From positions 124,001 through 188,000 of the IMG/VR virus record IMGVR_UViG_3300017991_005548: a stretch of DNA of 64,000 nt; one strand, 5' to 3'. Of the stretch, positions 61,450-64,000 are shown one piece after another. The notes under the pieces are model-generated. The model worked only from the letters and a program-made list of their open reading frames with translations. It did no database searches and was not told where the DNA came from. Positions within the stretch are counted from its first letter, which is position 1; the number at the start of each line of letters is the position of its first letter. The translations under genes and the position numbers were made by a program.

Positions 61450-61478
61450 TATTCTATATCAAATTGCCGAAACCCTTT
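61450..61478 (-). promoter_or_regulatory. Putative late promoter AAAGG-N19-GAATA
   Basis: AAAGGgtttcggcaatttgatataGAATA. Confidence 0.65.
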
Positions 61479-61501
61479 CAACAATTTGTTATTTTTCCCC
61501 T

Positions 61502-62524
61502 TTAATCACTTGAGCTAGAACATTCGCAATCATCGTCAGGATCAAAGCAAATAACCTTACGATCATGCTGTGGAAATTCAAGTTCGTTGACTTCCTTACC
61601 GAACCAACTAAGTTCTGATGCCCTAAGGACTGCGCTACCCTTTTGCTTAACCCCAAATGTGACATTGTCTACACGGGCATCATAATAATATCTCTTCATC
61701 CTGATTGCTACAGCAAATTCAGACAAAGAAAAATCTGCTTCAAATTCATGATCAACTTCCAAACGGATCTCACAATCTATGATATCCCTGTTGATAATCT
61801 CGTATCGAGAACACCTTGGAGTCTCATTATCTTGAAAAGAATAATTCTGACTTTCTGTAGTAATGACAAAGTTCTCTCGATTCTCTTCTGTATCACATAC
61901 ATAAAAGTAAACGTCACCCTCCGATACTGGCCTAGTCATAGGTGCTTGATAATCATTTATGTTAATGTGCAAACTATAATTGAGTACATCATATACTGCT
62001 TTTGAATATTTACTGAGGATTCTCATGCCCTCTTCCGTTTCAACTGATTGCCCATAAACAGTAACTGTTATTCTGGACTCTTCTGATAATCCACCTTGAA
62101 GGTAAATCCATTCATTCGAAATACTGACAGGTTCAACAGTAATTGCTACAGCATCTGTTGGAATAACTTCTCTATCCCCAAAAAGAACATTCTCTTCATA
62201 AAGAGGATCATGACCTATTGTCTTCTGTATAAAAGCTCCATCAGAAACCAACCAATTATCGATAACATCAGTTGTTAACGTAATCGTTGTCGTATCAACA
62301 ATCTCTTTAATAACCGCATACTCAAATCTTTGATAATGAGGAGATGTTTCGTCATTGTAACCATAGTCAATAAGAACTATCTCTTGATTAGGATGGAAGT
62401 GAAAAGAGTTCTCTACACTAAGAGTAGTATCGCCAGTTGTCGCATCTGTTGTTAACTTAGTTTTGGCGATCAATTCTTCTTTGATCAAATCAATTATAGC
62501 ATCAACTACTCCAGTAATTTCCAT
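61502..62524 (-). CDS. Probable tail terminator/neck protein with two inserted beta domains (likely start MEITGV)
   Basis: Terminator-like core (VVDAIIDLIKEEL, AITVEP, ITVTVYG, KAVYDVL). Position between adaptor and tube. TAATG overlap at 62524. Confidence 0.6.
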   Translation of the reverse strand: MEITGVVDAIIDLIKEELIAKTKLTTDATTGDTTLSVENSFHFHPNQEIVLIDYGYNDETSPHYQRFEYAVIKEIVDTTTITLTTDVIDNWLVSDGAFIQKTIGHDPLYEENVLFGDREVIPTDAVAITVEPVSISNEWIYLQGGLSEESRITVTVYGQSVETEEGMRILSKYSKAVYDVLNYSLHININDYQAPMTRPVSEGDVYFYVCDTEENRENFVITTESQNYSFQDNETPRCSRYEIINRDIIDCEIRLEVDHEFEADFSLSEFAVAIRMKRYYYDARVDNVTFGVKQKGSAVLRASELSWFGKEVNELEFPQHDRKVICFDPDDDCECSSSSD

Positions 62525-62739
62525 TATCCAGAATATCCCGTTTTTATATCGCGATACCAATCGCCAAGTCGCAATTCCATATCACCACTTTTCTCTTTTT
62601 CAATCTCTTCCATGTTTTTTCTAAGTCTAGACATTGGTTTCAAACGCCCCTGATCCAATGTATCAAAAGATCCATTGACACAAGATTTGTAAATTTCCAT
62701 TTTTCTAGCATATCTAGCGAATCTGTTCTTTATCCTCAT
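62524..62739 (-). CDS. Small basic hypothetical protein
   Basis: 71 aa, with ATGA and TAATG overlaps on the two sides. Confidence 0.65.
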   Translation of the reverse strand: MRIKNRFARYARKMEIYKSCVNGSFDTLDQGRLKPMSRLRKNMEEIEKEKSGDMELRLGDWYRDIKTGYSG

Positions 62740-63434
62740 GGAGACTCCCTTCCAAATTGAATATCATCAGTAGGTGTTTTGTAAGAATCAAATAAACTAT
62801 GTCTTGCGAATCTCTTGCCAACATGTTCTTGACCCATCAAGATCACATTTCCAGTAATAATACTGTCCATAGAAAACATAGCAAGCTTTCTTTGCTCTGT
62901 TCCGTACTGAGAGACATCTGGAGACTGTTCTGCGGCAAATAGGCGGTCATACGCATACGATACGGCCAATCTAGCTGTAACCAAAGGAATAGGATCTGGA
63001 TATTCCAATATGCTGATTAAACTATCAGCGTCATAACTGGAAGTAACTGAGTTCAGAATCAATTGATCTAAATTAGGAATTGATTCAATAACCGCTTCTT
63101 CATAATCACATTCACTTTGAAGTCTAACTAACTGACCTTTGGCGAATGGCCCAGTATCATGAACTGAAACTTTTACATTTGTTCCAGAAGAAACATTATT
63201 GAGGATCTCTGTTTCATGGATTTTGATTCGCCTCAATGGACATACATATATTGGGCGAAGTCTTGCGTCAACTTCCTGTTGGGCAAACTTAATGAATTCG
63301 CAAATCTGATCTGGAGTAAATTTACTCCTATTTGTATTATCACATTTGCCAGGAACAGGAGTTCCTATGTTTCTGTCGCCAACTGTAACATTCTCAGGTA
63401 GTAATGTGATGGCATTTTGAACTGTACAATACAT
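62736..63434 (-). CDS. Mu gp36-like (DUF1320) head-tail adaptor with an inserted beta domain
   Basis: MYCTVQN, IKFAQQEVDARLRPIYVCPL, then after ~70 aa PDPIPLVTARLAVSYAY...MDSIITGNVIL. Confidence 0.75.
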   Translation of the reverse strand: MYCTVQNAITLLPENVTVGDRNIGTPVPGKCDNTNRSKFTPDQICEFIKFAQQEVDARLRPIYVCPLRRIKIHETEILNNVSSGTNVKVSVHDTGPFAKGQLVRLQSECDYEEAVIESIPNLDQLILNSVTSSYDADSLISILEYPDPIPLVTARLAVSYAYDRLFAAEQSPDVSQYGTEQRKLAMFSMDSIITGNVILMGQEHVGKRFARHSLFDSYKTPTDDIQFGRESP

Positions 63435-63444
63435 ACTTCACTCC

Positions 63445-63490
63445 AAAAAAAAGCACTCTTGTTATTTATTTCAATAACAGGAGTGCTTTT
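63445..63490 (-). terminator. Long-stem intrinsic terminator (possibly bidirectional)
   Basis: AAAAGCACTC(C)TGTTATT-loop-AATAACA(A)GAGTGCTTTT with one mismatch, ending in a T8 run on the minus strand. Confidence 0.8.
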
Positions 63491-63514
63491 CCCTATGGAG
63501 CTAGGTCTATAGTT

Positions 63515-63730
63515 TTATAGATCGTACAGATAATCCCCGATATTTATGAACTCAAAAGCTACATCATTTACTCTGTTCACTTTATCGGTTGTTTCTGAAT
63601 TCCTTTCACTACATTCACAAATTCCATCATACCAAGGAAAAGTACATTGCGTACATAATCCATTCGCTTTTGCCCAAGCGATATGATCTTTAAGATACTT
63701 TCGTTTCTCTTTCCGTTCTTGTTTAGTCAT
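63515..63730 (-). CDS. Small hypothetical protein with a CxxC...CxC zinc-finger-like motif
   Basis: LCTQCTFPWYDGICEC; TAATG overlap with the upstream gene. Confidence 0.65.
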   Translation of the reverse strand: MTKQERKEKRKYLKDHIAWAKANGLCTQCTFPWYDGICECSERNSETTDKVNRVNDVAFEFINIGDYLYDL

Positions 63731-63963
63731 TATTTGTTTTTCTTTTGGAAATCTGCTTGCGCTCTAATGCAAGAACCCTGAGAAACAGAATAAAATGGAC
63801 TTTTGGAATGCCTTACTTGCCAGACATCAAATGGAAACTCAGAATCGTCCAAGCATTCCTTAAACATCTTACAATATCCCTTAGGCATCGAAGTCCCCCC
63901 AGAAATTACAATTTCAATTTCACCATCAATCTCTGCGTCTTTGGACCTAAATTCCTGAGACAT
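63730..63963 (-). CDS. Small hypothetical protein
   Basis: 77-aa ORF coupled to the next gene. Confidence 0.55.
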   Translation of the reverse strand: MSQEFRSKDAEIDGEIEIVISGGTSMPKGYCKMFKECLDDSEFPFDVWQVRHSKSPFYSVSQGSCIRAQADFQKKNK

Positions 63964-64000
63964 ATGATGGATAATACGATTGATTGTCTCTTGGTAGTAA

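Noticed and set aside
39010-63434. Extracellular contractile injection system or tailocin
   Set aside because: There is no sheath or eCIS ATPase. A head-tail adaptor, G/GT frameshift and small phage-type hypothetical genes indicate a true phage.
1-64000. Stop-codon reassignment, as in some large phages
   Set aside because: ORFs of up to 2638 codons are open in the standard code and tile tightly. TAA, TGA and TAG all end genes.

Overview
A 64 kb, densely coding, entirely minus-strand late (virion-morphogenesis) region of a large tailed phage, read in standard genetic code with GGAG/AGGAG Shine-Dalgarno sites. In transcription order (high to low coordinates) it contains: two small hypothetical genes and a terminator; a Mu gp36-like head-tail adaptor; a probable tail terminator; two paralogous small proteins; a siphovirus-type tail tube with no sheath gene; tail assembly chaperones with a clear -1 frameshift (A AAA AAA) plus a second chaperone paralog; an unknown gene; and a 2077-aa tape measure protein. 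These are followed by about 47.5 kb (19 genes) of tail-tip, fibre and appendage genes carrying beta-propellers, FG-GAP, Asp-box, LamG, LRR, Ig-like and vWA domains and HxH triads, then a Myb/HTH double metallophosphoesterase and a truncated ORF. The most notable feature is that at least eight otherwise unrelated putative virion proteins carry long Ser/Glu/Asp tracts with a shared aromatic-S-E-S-S motif, several at free termini or inside a loop. A PAPS-type sulfotransferase with a 6-Cys tail sits in the middle of these genes. This suggests, by inference only, a phage-encoded virion-surface modification (sulfation / polyanionic brush) system. Other highlights are a vWA domain split by about 1570 residues, a paralogous fibre scaffold exploded by nested insertions, single-chain 3xHxH putative metal sites, and a recurrent AAAGG-N19-GAATA promoter-like motif. 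No tRNA, rRNA, CRISPR array, integrase or transposase was recognised. All family assignments come from motif recognition by eye, not from database searches.
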